Source of the DNA: Bacillota bacterium
GTDB lineage: Bacteria; Bacillota; Clostridia; Christensenellales; UMGS416
DNA length: 64,000 bases
Reading direction: 5' to 3'
NCBI GenBank assembly: GCA_023435705.1
Contig: JAEYRH010000005.1
Location: 110,114-174,113 of the forward strand
A model generated the notes under the pieces. That model saw nothing but the letters and a program-made list of their open reading frames with translations. It ran no database searches and was not told the origin of the DNA. This document shows positions 1-7,459 of this stretch, piece by piece; the first letter of the stretch is position 1, and every line of letters starts with the position of its first letter. The translations under genes and the position numbers were made by a program.

Positions 1-818
1 CAGAGGCTTATTTGAATGACAACCTGACGATCAACAGCAATGGCGAGATCAACATCGACGGTGACCGCAGCAAATACCAAGGCCGACTGTATGCCAAGTT
101 GGTCAAGACGACTCACACAAACGATGAGACAGGAGAAAAATTTGAAACTGAGCAGTACGCTTTTACAGACGTAAAGGGGTATTCATATTTTGTCACGAAG
201 ATCCCCTCCACGGAAGAGCACAGCAATTATACAGCAACAAGCTCTGATGATTCATTCAGCGACGGGAAGACCGCCATCAACGCAGGCGAAACAAACTATA
301 GCCTGAGCCTGGAAGGCACACTATTTGTTTCGGCACAGGAAGGAGAACGCACCTACTATTTTAACCCGGTCTACCAGTGTGACGACGGCAGGGTGTACGC
401 CACCACCGGCAGCGGTCTCAGCAGAAGCGGAGACGAAGGTGAAGGCGCATCAATGGCACAAACCATGGAATCCAAACTTACAGCAACTGAAAATGACCAG
501 ACTATTGAGTACAAAACATCCATCAAGATCACGATCCAGGTGATAAACCCGCCTAGCAAGATCGTGGTATACCGGATGGACCAAAACAATGCCATTATTG
601 CCCGATCAGAATACGAACCAGGCAAGCTTCCAAAGGCAATCGCACCGGAGCGAAACGCGGAGTATCTGCTGGTGGAAACACATAAAACCGGCCCCGAAGG
701 CAAAGTGCAAGTATCACGGACATTATTTGAAAAGGGAAAAGAGTCTCTGGACACCTTCTATTGCCGGGAAGACGGCGTGTGCGTGAAGCAATGGACACAG
801 CTGGATTGGGCAAAATAA
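1..818 (+). CDS. hypothetical protein, 5' end outside window
   Basis: Frame is open from the window edge (GAG GCT TAT TTG AAT...) to TAA at 816-818. The TTG at 12 in the ORF track is probably internal. No family motif recognised. Confidence 0.5.
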   Translation, partial: EAYLNDNLTINSNGEINIDGDRSKYQGRLYAKLVKTTHTNDETGEKFETEQYAFTDVKGYSYFVTKIPSTEEHSNYTATSSDDSFSDGKTAINAGETNYSLSLEGTLFVSAQEGERTYYFNPVYQCDDGRVYATTGSGLSRSGDEGEGASMAQTMESKLTATENDQTIEYKTSIKITIQVINPPSKIVVYRMDQNNAIIARSEYEPGKLPKAIAPERNAEYLLVETHKTGPEGKVQVSRTLFEKGKESLDTFYCREDGVCVKQWTQLDWAK

Positions 819-834
819 TTATACTTAGAAAAAC

Positions 835-867
835 AATCGGCGGCTCGCAATACTGCGGCCGCCGATT
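835..867 (-). terminator. intrinsic terminator downstream of the LCP gene (between convergent genes)
   Basis: 10-bp stem aatcggcggc/gccgccgatt, followed on the minus strand by GTTTTTC. Confidence 0.6.
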
Positions 868-891
868 TCTCAAATCACTGAATAGACCAAA

Positions 892-2379
892 TCAGTTAAA
901 ATCCACATACACCTTGTTGATCCTGGGCTCCTGCCACCAGTAGTTATGCGAATAGGTCCAGTCGATCTTCTCCTTATAGGCGAGCAGCTTTGCCAATGCC
1001 GTAGTTTTGTTTCTCAGGTCCTTTTTGGTAATTGTCATCGTCCGGTTGTCGCCGCTCTTCATGGAAAGCGATGCTTTATCCCACGCCGTAAGCGCAGCGG
1101 TATAGGCGGCTTTCAATTCGTCATAGGATTTTTTCTGCTCGCCGGTGAATCCAGCTTCTTTGGCCTGGCAATCATCGATGAACTTCTTTGCCGTGTTCAA
1201 ATGCACAATGCCGTCAAACCCATAGCTCATGAGCCAATGGGCATACTTTTCCGAGCAACGCACTTGCTCCGGTACATCGATGCCGTAGATTTCTTTGATC
1301 AGCTTTACGCGCTTCTCCTGGTCTGTAAAACACCAACGCCACCGGGCTGCGTCTGCTGACGGGCCAACCATGGAGTGCATACCGATTTTTGCCGGGTCAA
1401 TCGATTGGGCAAAATTGGCCAGCGCCATCGTCTGCTCCAGGTTTGTGTTTGTATAGACGTCATCCTTTGCGGTGTTGACCAAATCCGGCACCATGGAGAG
1501 TTTCCCTTTATTCTTCAACTGGTTGAAAATCGCGACCATCATATCTTTTTGCCGGTTGATGCGGTTCAGGTCGCCCGGTGCCGGCCCGACTTTTCGAGCA
1601 CGCACATAAAACAACACCGCTGCGCCAGTCATATGTTGCATGCCCTTTTTCTTGTAGAGGCTGTAGGCGCGGTCTTCCACCTTGTAATCCACGCCGCCGA
1701 TGGCATCCACCATTTTCACCAATGCGTTGAAGTCCACTGCGTAATAATAATCCACCGGGATCCCACCAAGCATATACTCCGCGCCTTTGCAAACGTTCAT
1801 AAACCCGGCGCCGTCCTTTGCCTCAAAGCCTCCGCCGATGTTGAACGTGGCGTTGATCTTATAAACACCATCCATGAGGTCGGTGTTGTGGATGAACGTG
1901 TCACGGGGCAGGGAGATGAGATCTACCTTCTTTTCCTTGAAGTTGATGGCCACGATCATCTGGACATCGGCATGGGGATCTGTGCCTGCGCCTTTGGGCG
2001 TGCCCTTCTCGTTACCGTCCGCACCCTGCCTTCTGTCAATACCAATTAAAAGTATGTTCAAGATGTCTTTGTTTTCCGTGATGCCGGGTGTGGGAACAGG
2101 GGTGGGCTCGATGGTCGGAGTTGCAGTCGCCACAGCGCTCTGAGCACCGTCCGTTGTGGTCTTGATTTCCGGCGTGGGAGTCTCCACCAGGGTGGGGCTT
2201 GCCAGCAGCGCCGGATCGATGGTGGATTTCGCAAAAAGATCCTGGGGTTGATATATAATCTGATAGGCCTTCACCCCACCGACAGCCAACAGCACCAACG
2301 CCACGCCGAGGATACTCAACCAAATAATGCGTTTCCGCTTGGGTTTTGGGCTGGTTTTGGTCTCGTTATTGTTTTCCAT
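892..2379 (-). CDS. LytR-CpsA-Psr (LCP) family cell-wall glycopolymer ligase with extra C-terminal domain
   Basis: 495-aa ORF with N-terminal TM anchor IIWLSILGVALVLLAVGG. LCP core motifs NILLIGIDRR, DVQMIVAIN, DLISLPRDT. Confidence 0.85.
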   Translation of the reverse strand: MENNNETKTSPKPKRKRIIWLSILGVALVLLAVGGVKAYQIIYQPQDLFAKSTIDPALLASPTLVETPTPEIKTTTDGAQSAVATATPTIEPTPVPTPGITENKDILNILLIGIDRRQGADGNEKGTPKGAGTDPHADVQMIVAINFKEKKVDLISLPRDTFIHNTDLMDGVYKINATFNIGGGFEAKDGAGFMNVCKGAEYMLGGIPVDYYYAVDFNALVKMVDAIGGVDYKVEDRAYSLYKKKGMQHMTGAAVLFYVRARKVGPAPGDLNRINRQKDMMVAIFNQLKNKGKLSMVPDLVNTAKDDVYTNTNLEQTMALANFAQSIDPAKIGMHSMVGPSADAARWRWCFTDQEKRVKLIKEIYGIDVPEQVRCSEKYAHWLMSYGFDGIVHLNTAKKFIDDCQAKEAGFTGEQKKSYDELKAAYTAALTAWDKASLSMKSGDNRTMTITKKDLRNKTTALAKLLAYKEKIDWTYSHNYWWQEPRINKVYVDFN

Positions 2380-2571
2380 GGTGTACTCCTACGGTGTTTA
2401 TAAAGTCAATACTTGGTATTTTACCATATAACGCCATAATGTGAATCCTTTTCTATAATAATCCTATTGCTCCTGATCATATGGATTCTGATGTGTTACT
2501 GATCCGCACGCACCCAGTCTATGAGGAGGCAGCGACTTATGGATATATCTTCACTGCCGGATAGGTAAAAC

Positions 2572-2602
2572 AAGACCACCTGCTTCAAAAGCAGGTGGTC
2601 TT
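2572..2602 (-). terminator. intrinsic terminator ending the tRNA operon
   Basis: 12-bp perfect stem aagaccacctgc/gcaggtggtctt with a 7-nt loop, followed on the minus strand by GTTTTAC. It starts 4 nt after the tRNA-Leu CCA. Confidence 0.75.
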
Positions 2603-2605
2603 ATT

Positions 2606-2692
2606 TGGTGCGAGAGACAGGACTTGAACCTGCACGGCTTTAACCCCACTAGAACCTGAATCTAGCGCGTCTGCCAATTCCGCCACTCTCGC
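2606..2692 (-). tRNA. tRNA-Leu(CAG)
   Basis: Reverse complement GCGAGAGTGGCGGAATTGGCAGAC...CTAGATTCAGGTTCTAG...long variable arm...GGTTCAAGTCCTGTCTCTCGCACCA. Anticodon loop is TTCAGGT and CCA is encoded. Confidence 0.9.
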
Positions 2693-2706
2693 AAATTGGA
2701 CTTTTA

Positions 2707-2791
2707 TGGTGGAGGGGGGTGGATTCGAACCACCGAAGTCTGAGACAACAGATTTACAGTCTGCCCCCTTTGGCCGCTCGGGAACCCCTCC
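2707..2791 (-). tRNA. tRNA-Tyr(GTA)
   Basis: GGAGGGGTTCCCGAGCGGCCAAAGGGGGCAGACTGTAAATCTGT...GGTTCGAATCCACCCCCCTCCACCA. Anticodon loop is CTGTAAA, with a long variable arm. Confidence 0.9.
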
Positions 2792-2809
2792 ATGACAGGC
2801 CTTTTCGGT

Positions 2810-2885
2810 TGGAGCTGGTGATGGGACTCGAACCCGCAACCTGCTGATTACAAATCAGCTGCTCTGCCAATTGAGCTACACCAGC
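2810..2885 (-). tRNA. tRNA-Thr(TGT)
   Basis: GCTGGTGTAGCTCAATTGGCAGAGCAGCTGATTTGTAATCAGCAGGTTGCGGGTTCGAGTCCCATCACCAGCTCCA. Anticodon loop is TTTGTAA. There is one C-A mismatch in the T stem. Confidence 0.85.
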
Positions 2886-2886
2886 A

Positions 2887-2962
2887 TGGTGCCTCAGGAC
2901 AGAGTCGAACTGTCGACACAGGGATTTTCAGTCCCTTGCTCTACCAACTGAGCTACCGAGGC
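2887..2962 (-). tRNA. tRNA-Phe(GAA)
   Basis: GCCTCGGTAGCTCAGTTGGTAGAGCAAGGGACTGAAAATCCCTGTGTCGACAGTTCGACTCTGTCCTGAGGCACCA. Anticodon loop is CTGAAAA. Confidence 0.92.
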
Positions 2963-2975
2963 TTAGGAAAAGAAA

Positions 2976-3052
2976 TGGCGACCCGGAACGGGCTCGAACC
3001 GTCGACCTCTAGCGTGACAGGCTAGCGTTCTAACCAACTGAACTACCGGGCC
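2976..3052 (-). tRNA. tRNA-Asp(GTC)
   Basis: GGCCCGGTAGTTCAGTTGGTTAGAACGCTAGCCTGTCACGCTAGAGGTCGACGGTTCGAGCCCGTTCCGGGTCGCCA. Anticodon loop is CTGTCAC. Confidence 0.92.
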
Positions 3053-3066
3053 GCGTATATTGGGAC

Positions 3067-3143
3067 TGGTGGGCCTTCAGGGATTCGAACCCCGGACCAA
3101 ACGGTTATGAGCCGTCCGCTCTGACCAGCTGAGCTAAAGGCCC
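3067..3143 (-). tRNA. tRNA-Met(CAT), elongator type; lysidine-modified tRNA-Ile2 not excluded
   Basis: GGGCCTTTAGCTCAGCTGGTCAGAGCGGACGGCTCATAACCGTTTGGTCCGGGGTTCGAATCCCTGAAGGCCCACCA. Anticodon loop is CTCATAA. Position 1-72 is paired and there is no GGG/CCC anticodon stem, so it is not an initiator. Confidence 0.8.
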
Positions 3144-3161
3144 AAATGCCTGAAGACGGAA

Positions 3162-3236
3162 TGGTGACCCCTAGGGGACTCGAACCCCTGTTACCGCCGT
3201 GAAAGGGCGATGTCTTAACCACTTGACCAAGGGGCC
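3162..3236 (-). tRNA. tRNA-Glu(TTC)
   Basis: GGCCCCTTGGTCAAGTGGTTAAGACATCGCCCTTTCACGGCGGTAACAGGGGTTCGAGTCCCCTAGGGGTCACCA. Anticodon loop is CTTTCAC. Confidence 0.92.
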
Positions 3237-3242
3237 ATGGAT

Positions 3243-3319
3243 TGGTCGGGGTGAGAGGATTCGAACCTCCGGCCCCATGCTCCCAAAGCACGTGCGCTAC
3301 CAGGCTGCGCTACACCCCG
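3243..3319 (-). tRNA. tRNA-Pro(TGG)
   Basis: CGGGGTGTAGCGCAGCCTGGTAGCGCACGTGCTTTGGGAGCATGGGGCCGGAGGTTCGAATCCTCTCACCCCGACCA. Anticodon loop is TTTGGGA. Confidence 0.92.
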
Positions 3320-3359
3320 AAGTGTGATCTGCGCGTCGCCGTTCAAAGCGGCGAATAAT

Positions 3360-3388
3360 AATATACATGATTCATGAGATGCTGTCAA
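3360..3388 (-). promoter_or_regulatory. sigma-A type promoter of the 8-tRNA operon
   Basis: Minus strand reads TTGACA (3388-3383), a 17-nt spacer, then TATATT (3365-3360), about 40 nt upstream of tRNA-Pro. Confidence 0.6.
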
Positions 3389-3557
3389 CTACAAAATTGT
3401 GCCATTTCGATGTACAACTTTTGCACTTAACGACCTCACAAACCCCCAATCCACGCGCGAAGTTCTTATATTTTATAAACAGGATCAATTGTTGTCAACA
3501 ACATTTTATTCAAGATTAACAGAAATTCGTAACATAAGACTGAATTATTTATTTGAG

Positions 3558-4157
3558 TCAAATCTTAAGCCACAAAGCGGGGCGAACGCCACCGGTACAT
3601 CTGCCATCACTGATATTGCCTTTCAAGACGTTATTGCCCTGGATCCCGATATTGCCATCACCGTGGACGTACACGGCTTTCACGCTGACGCGGCCAGGCG
3701 AGCGAAGCCACCACCAACAAATCCCGTTACCCTCAATTCTTGCGATTCGCTTGCTGTTATTTTCATCCTTTCTTTCAAACCAATACCTTTGATTTTTCCC
3801 AGGGTTCGTCAGTTTTGCACTGCTGTCACCGAAATATCGGCACACTACTTCCTCCATATTCAACAAAAATATACTGTCTTGCGTATCAGCTCCGCCATTT
3901 GTGCCATACCATTGATTGTCGGGGTTTTTATTTGTGACCGGAATAATTCTCGATTGATCGGCTGCAGTAAACCTGTCATAAAATTCATTGTTAAGGTAGT
4001 TTCGCAACGCGCTCTCAGCCCATGTCACATCCGTATAAGCGTTATGGTAAGCCCGCTGCTCAATAATATATTCTGTGATAATCAACGCCGCATCGCTTTG
4101 TATGTCAAGCACTCGCCAATCATAGCAGCCAAATGATACTTTATCACCAACTTGCAT
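3558..4157 (-). CDS. DUF6273-like domain protein
   Basis: 199-aa ORF with FGCYDWRVLD, ALRNYLNNEFY, WWWLRSPG and a C-terminal GGVRPALWLKI pattern typical of this Firmicutes family. Visibly lower GC than its neighbours. Confidence 0.65.
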   Translation of the reverse strand: MQVGDKVSFGCYDWRVLDIQSDAALIITEYIIEQRAYHNAYTDVTWAESALRNYLNNEFYDRFTAADQSRIIPVTNKNPDNQWYGTNGGADTQDSIFLLNMEEVVCRYFGDSSAKLTNPGKNQRYWFERKDENNSKRIARIEGNGICWWWLRSPGRVSVKAVYVHGDGNIGIQGNNVLKGNISDGRCTGGVRPALWLKI

Positions 4158-4196
4158 CGTTACCTCCCATAAAATCTCTCGTTTGCCTTTGTACGT

Positions 4197-4481
4197 TTAG
4201 CAACAATCCCCGTCGTCGCAGCCGCAGCTTGGCTCCTTGCCGGTGAGCATTCCTTTGATGATCGCCGCGGCGCAGCCGACGCCCTGCTCCACGGTGATCG
4301 CGCCAAAGGCGCAGTTGCGGGCGCAAGCCCCGCACTCCATGCAGCGGTTGCGATCAGTGACCTGGGCCTTCTTGCCCTCCAGCCGGAAAACGCCATGGGG
4401 GCACACAGCAGCGCACACACCACAACCAGTGCACTTGGAGCGGTCATATTCCAGCGTTGCCACATTCTTCAAATACATCAT
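4197..4481 (-). CDS. hgcB: HgcB, 2x[4Fe-4S] ferredoxin of the mercury-methylation pair
   Basis: 94 aa with CTGCGVCAAVCP and CMECGACARNC clusters, GVGCAAAII, and a C-terminal SCGCDDGDCC vicinal-Cys tail. RBS GAGGAGG overlaps the hgcA stop, and the gene starts 12 nt after hgcA. Confidence 0.9.
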   Translation of the reverse strand: MMYLKNVATLEYDRSKCTGCGVCAAVCPHGVFRLEGKKAQVTDRNRCMECGACARNCAFGAITVEQGVGCAAAIIKGMLTGKEPSCGCDDGDCC

Positions 4482-4493
4482 GTCATGACCTCC

Positions 4494-5708
4494 TCAATGG
4501 AACAACACAACAAAATCCCCTACGATCAACAGGATCACACCCAACGCTGTCGCAATCAGCATCACCGGCAGCGCGATCCTCATTTCACGATCCACACCGG
4601 ACATCGACGTGAAAGTGGAGCTGCCTGTGAAGTTCATCGCGCCGTAAGCCGATAAGGACGGCAGCACGAGCAAATAGGCGATTGCCTTCATCCACGCCTC
4701 AAGCGACATTGGCGGCACCCAGCCCGCCAGCAGGATCACTCCAACCGCCCACAGCATGCCAACCAGCGCGCCTTTGAACGAGAATGCCCTTCCGGGGATC
4801 CATGGCAGGAGCACCGGCGTGAGCACGCAACCGGCAAGGACTGTTCCGAGATATGCCACAAGATCCATGAAGCCGAAATGCCCGAAGCCGATTGCGTTCA
4901 GGATGAACAGGATGCCAAACACAATCATCATGGGCTTCAGTGCCATCACGACTTCCAGCGGCGCGAGCACCAGCCGGTCCCACAGCGTGAAGCGGACCCT
5001 CCGCATTTCCTCTGAAGCCTTCATTCCGGCAGCCAGATATGCCTTCAGGTCCTCGGCCCGCACCGGCCCATAGGTCACTTTGAACCCGGTTTTCTTAGCA
5101 ACCTCGTGTGCAGCCACGCCCACCGCACCCAACTGGGGTAAGATTAGGGTCCGGTGGCTTACAATCTGCTTCAGGCGCGATTGGTCTATCCTGTGCACCA
5201 ACTCTTCTGTGCCGAATGTACCCTTCCCTGCCGCGCACCACACATTGATGCCCTTGGTATCAAGCACCAGGATCCAGGCATCTACACCTGGAAATTCCTT
5301 GCGAAGCCGGTCAAAGGTCATCTTGTAGTTGGCAGTCACCAGAACAGGTGATTTGTCATCGGGGCTGCCCACACAATACAAGCCTGGATCTACACTGTAA
5401 TCCATCCTGCCAATATTCCAGCGGGCCTTCCAGGAGCCCAGCATATCACCGGCTGACAACACAGTGCTCACTTTGGGCACCGGGCCAACCGGGGTATCCA
5501 CATACCCCGCAATCCATTTGTGCCGGCGTTCCACCTTGGTGTCACAGCTGCAGGCTTGTCCAACCTCTTTGGCATTGTTTACTGCGGTTTGCGCTGGGGC
5601 CGGGCAACAAGGTTCAGGGGTTTTTATAGCGGTTGGCGCGGCAGTTTGATTGCATCCGCATGGCTGCTTTCTCTTTCGCGGGGAACCGGAACAGCAGGAT
5701 TCGGGCAT
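4494..5708 (-). CDS. hgcA: HgcA, corrinoid-dependent mercury methyltransferase (membrane-anchored)
   Basis: Cap-helix signature GINVWCAAGKGTFG (NVWCAAGK codons at 5223-5246). Upstream core WIAGYVDTPVGPVPKVST...SPVLVTANYKMTFD and a C-terminal multi-TM domain. ATG at 5708 has RBS GAGGTG 6 nt upstream, so the ORF-track start at 5780 is probably too long. Confidence 0.9.
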   Translation of the reverse strand: MPESCCSGSPRKRKQPCGCNQTAAPTAIKTPEPCCPAPAQTAVNNAKEVGQACSCDTKVERRHKWIAGYVDTPVGPVPKVSTVLSAGDMLGSWKARWNIGRMDYSVDPGLYCVGSPDDKSPVLVTANYKMTFDRLRKEFPGVDAWILVLDTKGINVWCAAGKGTFGTEELVHRIDQSRLKQIVSHRTLILPQLGAVGVAAHEVAKKTGFKVTYGPVRAEDLKAYLAAGMKASEEMRRVRFTLWDRLVLAPLEVVMALKPMMIVFGILFILNAIGFGHFGFMDLVAYLGTVLAGCVLTPVLLPWIPGRAFSFKGALVGMLWAVGVILLAGWVPPMSLEAWMKAIAYLLVLPSLSAYGAMNFTGSSTFTSMSGVDREMRIALPVMLIATALGVILLIVGDFVVLFH

Positions 5709-5748
5709 TTTCTTCACCTCAGTTAAACAGTTCGCAAGATATTCAAAA

Positions 5749-5771
5749 GTACTTTTGTGTGGCAAAAGTAC
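5749..5771 (-). terminator. terminator-like hairpin between the structured leader and the hgcA RBS
   Basis: Minus-sense RNA GUACUUUUG-CCACA-CAAAAGUAC followed by UUUUGAAUAU. The 9-bp stem is AU-rich, so strength is modest. Confidence 0.4.
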
Positions 5772-5780
5772 CAAAACCAA

Positions 5781-5931
5781 CCGGGGGTGGCATGTTTCTG
5801 AGACCTCACCTCAAAGCCCAACGGGCGGGCCGAAGACAACTCCTCAGTCGCTAAGCTCCTTCGTCAAACAGTCTCTCGGCCTATTCGCCCTTATGGGCTT
5901 TTCGGCTGAGGGGAAACATGAAAACCCCCGG
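5781..5931 (-). promoter_or_regulatory. structured intergenic RNA element (unclassified leader/riboswitch-like) upstream of hgcA
   Basis: Closing helix CCGGGGGU-UUU-CAUGUUUC (5931-5913) pairs with GAAACAUG-CC-ACCCCCGG (5798-5781), 8+8 bp. Inner helix is 5827-5837/5871-5881. 5809-5819 and 5842-5847 compete for the same partner at 5895-5911. Confidence 0.45.
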
Positions 5932-5964
5932 ACCCCCAAAGAAACGAAAGGATAAATACGGAGG

Positions 5965-6375
5965 TTAGATCTCCCCAGCCTGCACCCTGCGCTTCAAATC
6001 CAACACCTTCTGCTCAATATCCCTGGCTGTTTCATCAAACAAGCTATCCGGCCCGCCGGTCGGATCAGCGAGCCCCCAATCCTCCCGGTGGCGGCTTGGC
6101 AGCCAGGGGCACTCCACGCCGCAGCCCATTGTCACGACGATGTCCACCGGTGGCAGCTCGCTTAGGATCTTAGGGTGCTGACCGGTTTCGGTCATATCCA
6201 CGCCGTAAAGCCTTTTCATCGCGCGCACGGCATCAGGATTGATCTGAGGCTTCAACTCTGTGCCGGCAGAGACAGCCTCAAACGCGTCTGCTGCATACAG
6301 CTTCGCCAATGCCTCAGCCATTTGTGACCGGCAGGAATTGTGTGTGCAGATGAAGGCAACGGTGGGCTTGCTCAT
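5965..6375 (-). CDS. arsC: arsenate reductase, LMW-PTP/thioredoxin-coupled type
   Basis: 136 aa with CX5R P-loop FICTHNSCRSQMAE, plus a downstream Cys pair in GCGVECPW. Confidence 0.88.
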   Translation of the reverse strand: MSKPTVAFICTHNSCRSQMAEALAKLYAADAFEAVSAGTELKPQINPDAVRAMKRLYGVDMTETGQHPKILSELPPVDIVVTMGCGVECPWLPSRHREDWGLADPTGGPDSLFDETARDIEQKVLDLKRRVQAGEI

Positions 6376-6400
6376 TGCGGGATCATCCTCCAGACTGGAT

Positions 6401-7459
6401 TCACTGGGACTCTTTAAACCAATGCCGCGTGTTGTTTGCGATGCGGACCAGCGTGAGCATTACGGGCACTTCCACCAGCACGCCTACGATGGTGGCCAGC
6501 GCCACCGGCGACGTCGGCCCAAACAAGGATATGGCAACCGCCACAGAAAGTTCAAAGAAGTTGGACGCCCCGATCATGCCGGCGGGGCAAGCAATGTCAT
6601 GGGGCAGCTTGAGTGCCTTGCCGGCAAGATAGGAGATAAAGAAGATCAGGAAGGTTTGCAGTGTCAACGGAATCGCAATCAGCACGATGTGGAGAGGGTT
6701 GTTTAGGATCACATCCCCCTGAAAGGAGAATATGATGACAAGTGTCAGCAGCAATCCAATCATGGTCACATTGTTGAATTTCGGGATAAATGTCTGATTG
6801 AAATACTCGGCGCCTTTCCTCCGCGTGACCAGCGTGCGGGTGAGGATGCCGCCCGCCAGGGGGATCACCACAAACAACACCACCGACAGCAGCAGTGTGT
6901 CCCACGGGATGGATATGCCGCCGATGCCCAGTAACAAAGCAACAATGGGAGTAAAGGCCACCAAGATGATCAAATCGTTGGTGGCGACTTGCACCAGGGT
7001 ATAGGCCGGATTGCCCTTTGTGAGGTGGCTCCACACAAACACCATGGCTGTGCACGGGGCTGCGCCCAGCAAGATCGCCCCTGCCAGATAATCCCTGGCA
7101 AGCTCAGCTGGGATCAGCGCCTTGAACACGATAAAGAAGAAGAATGCGGCAATGGCAAACATGGTGAAGGGCTTGATCAGCCAATTTGCCACCCACGTTA
7201 CAAACAAGCCCTTGGGATTTTTACCCACCTGCCGGATGCTGGCAAAATCCACCTTCATCATCATGGGGTAGATCATCAACCAGATCAGTATGGCGATGGG
7301 AATGGAAACATGCGCAACCTCAAACCGGCCCAAAAACGCCGGGATGCCGGCCAGAAACCTGCCGATCAGCACACCAGCCACCATGCAGAGCACCACCCAG
7401 ACAGTGAGGAACTTTTCAAAAAAACCAATGCCAACATTCTTCTCATTTACGGGGTCCAT
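6401..7459 (-). CDS. acr3: ACR3-family arsenite efflux transporter
   Basis: 352 aa from the ATG at 7459 (RBS AGGAGGG 8 nt upstream). About 10 TM segments and the conserved GAAPCTAMV motif. The upstream ORF-track extension overlaps arsR. Confidence 0.88.
   Translation of the reverse strand: MDPVNEKNVGIGFFEKFLTVWVVLCMVAGVLIGRFLAGIPAFLGRFEVAHVSIPIAILIWLMIYPMMMKVDFASIRQVGKNPKGLFVTWVANWLIKPFTMFAIAAFFFFIVFKALIPAELARDYLAGAILLGAAPCTAMVFVWSHLTKGNPAYTLVQVATNDLIILVAFTPIVALLLGIGGISIPWDTLLLSVVLFVVIPLAGGILTRTLVTRRKGAEYFNQTFIPKFNNVTMIGLLLTLVIIFSFQGDVILNNPLHIVLIAIPLTLQTFLIFFISYLAGKALKLPHDIACPAGMIGASNFFELSVAVAISLFGPTSPVALATIVGVLVEVPVMLTLVRIANNTRHWFKESQ

Noticed and set aside
3067-3143. tRNA-CAT as initiator tRNA-fMet
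   Set aside because: The 1-72 position is base-paired and the anticodon stem lacks the three consecutive G-C pairs. It is therefore an elongator Met or a lysidine-dependent Ile2, which cannot be distinguished here.
2585-3291. ORFs 2585-2839 and 3043-3291 (84 and 82 aa)
   Set aside because: They run straight through the tRNA genes and are artefacts of the tRNA array.
3399-4136. 245-aa plus-strand ORF
   Set aside because: It is antisense to the DUF6273-like gene, which has clear family motifs. It has no RBS and its sequence is low-complexity.
5781-5937. Cobalamin riboswitch upstream of the corrinoid protein HgcA
   Set aside because: This was attractive a priori. However, I find no B12-box-like core (…GCCACUG… / AGYCMGGAGACCKGCC-type segment) and none of the conserved GGUGxxAAUCC / AAxAGGGAA elements. 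The element is kept only as an unclassified structured leader.
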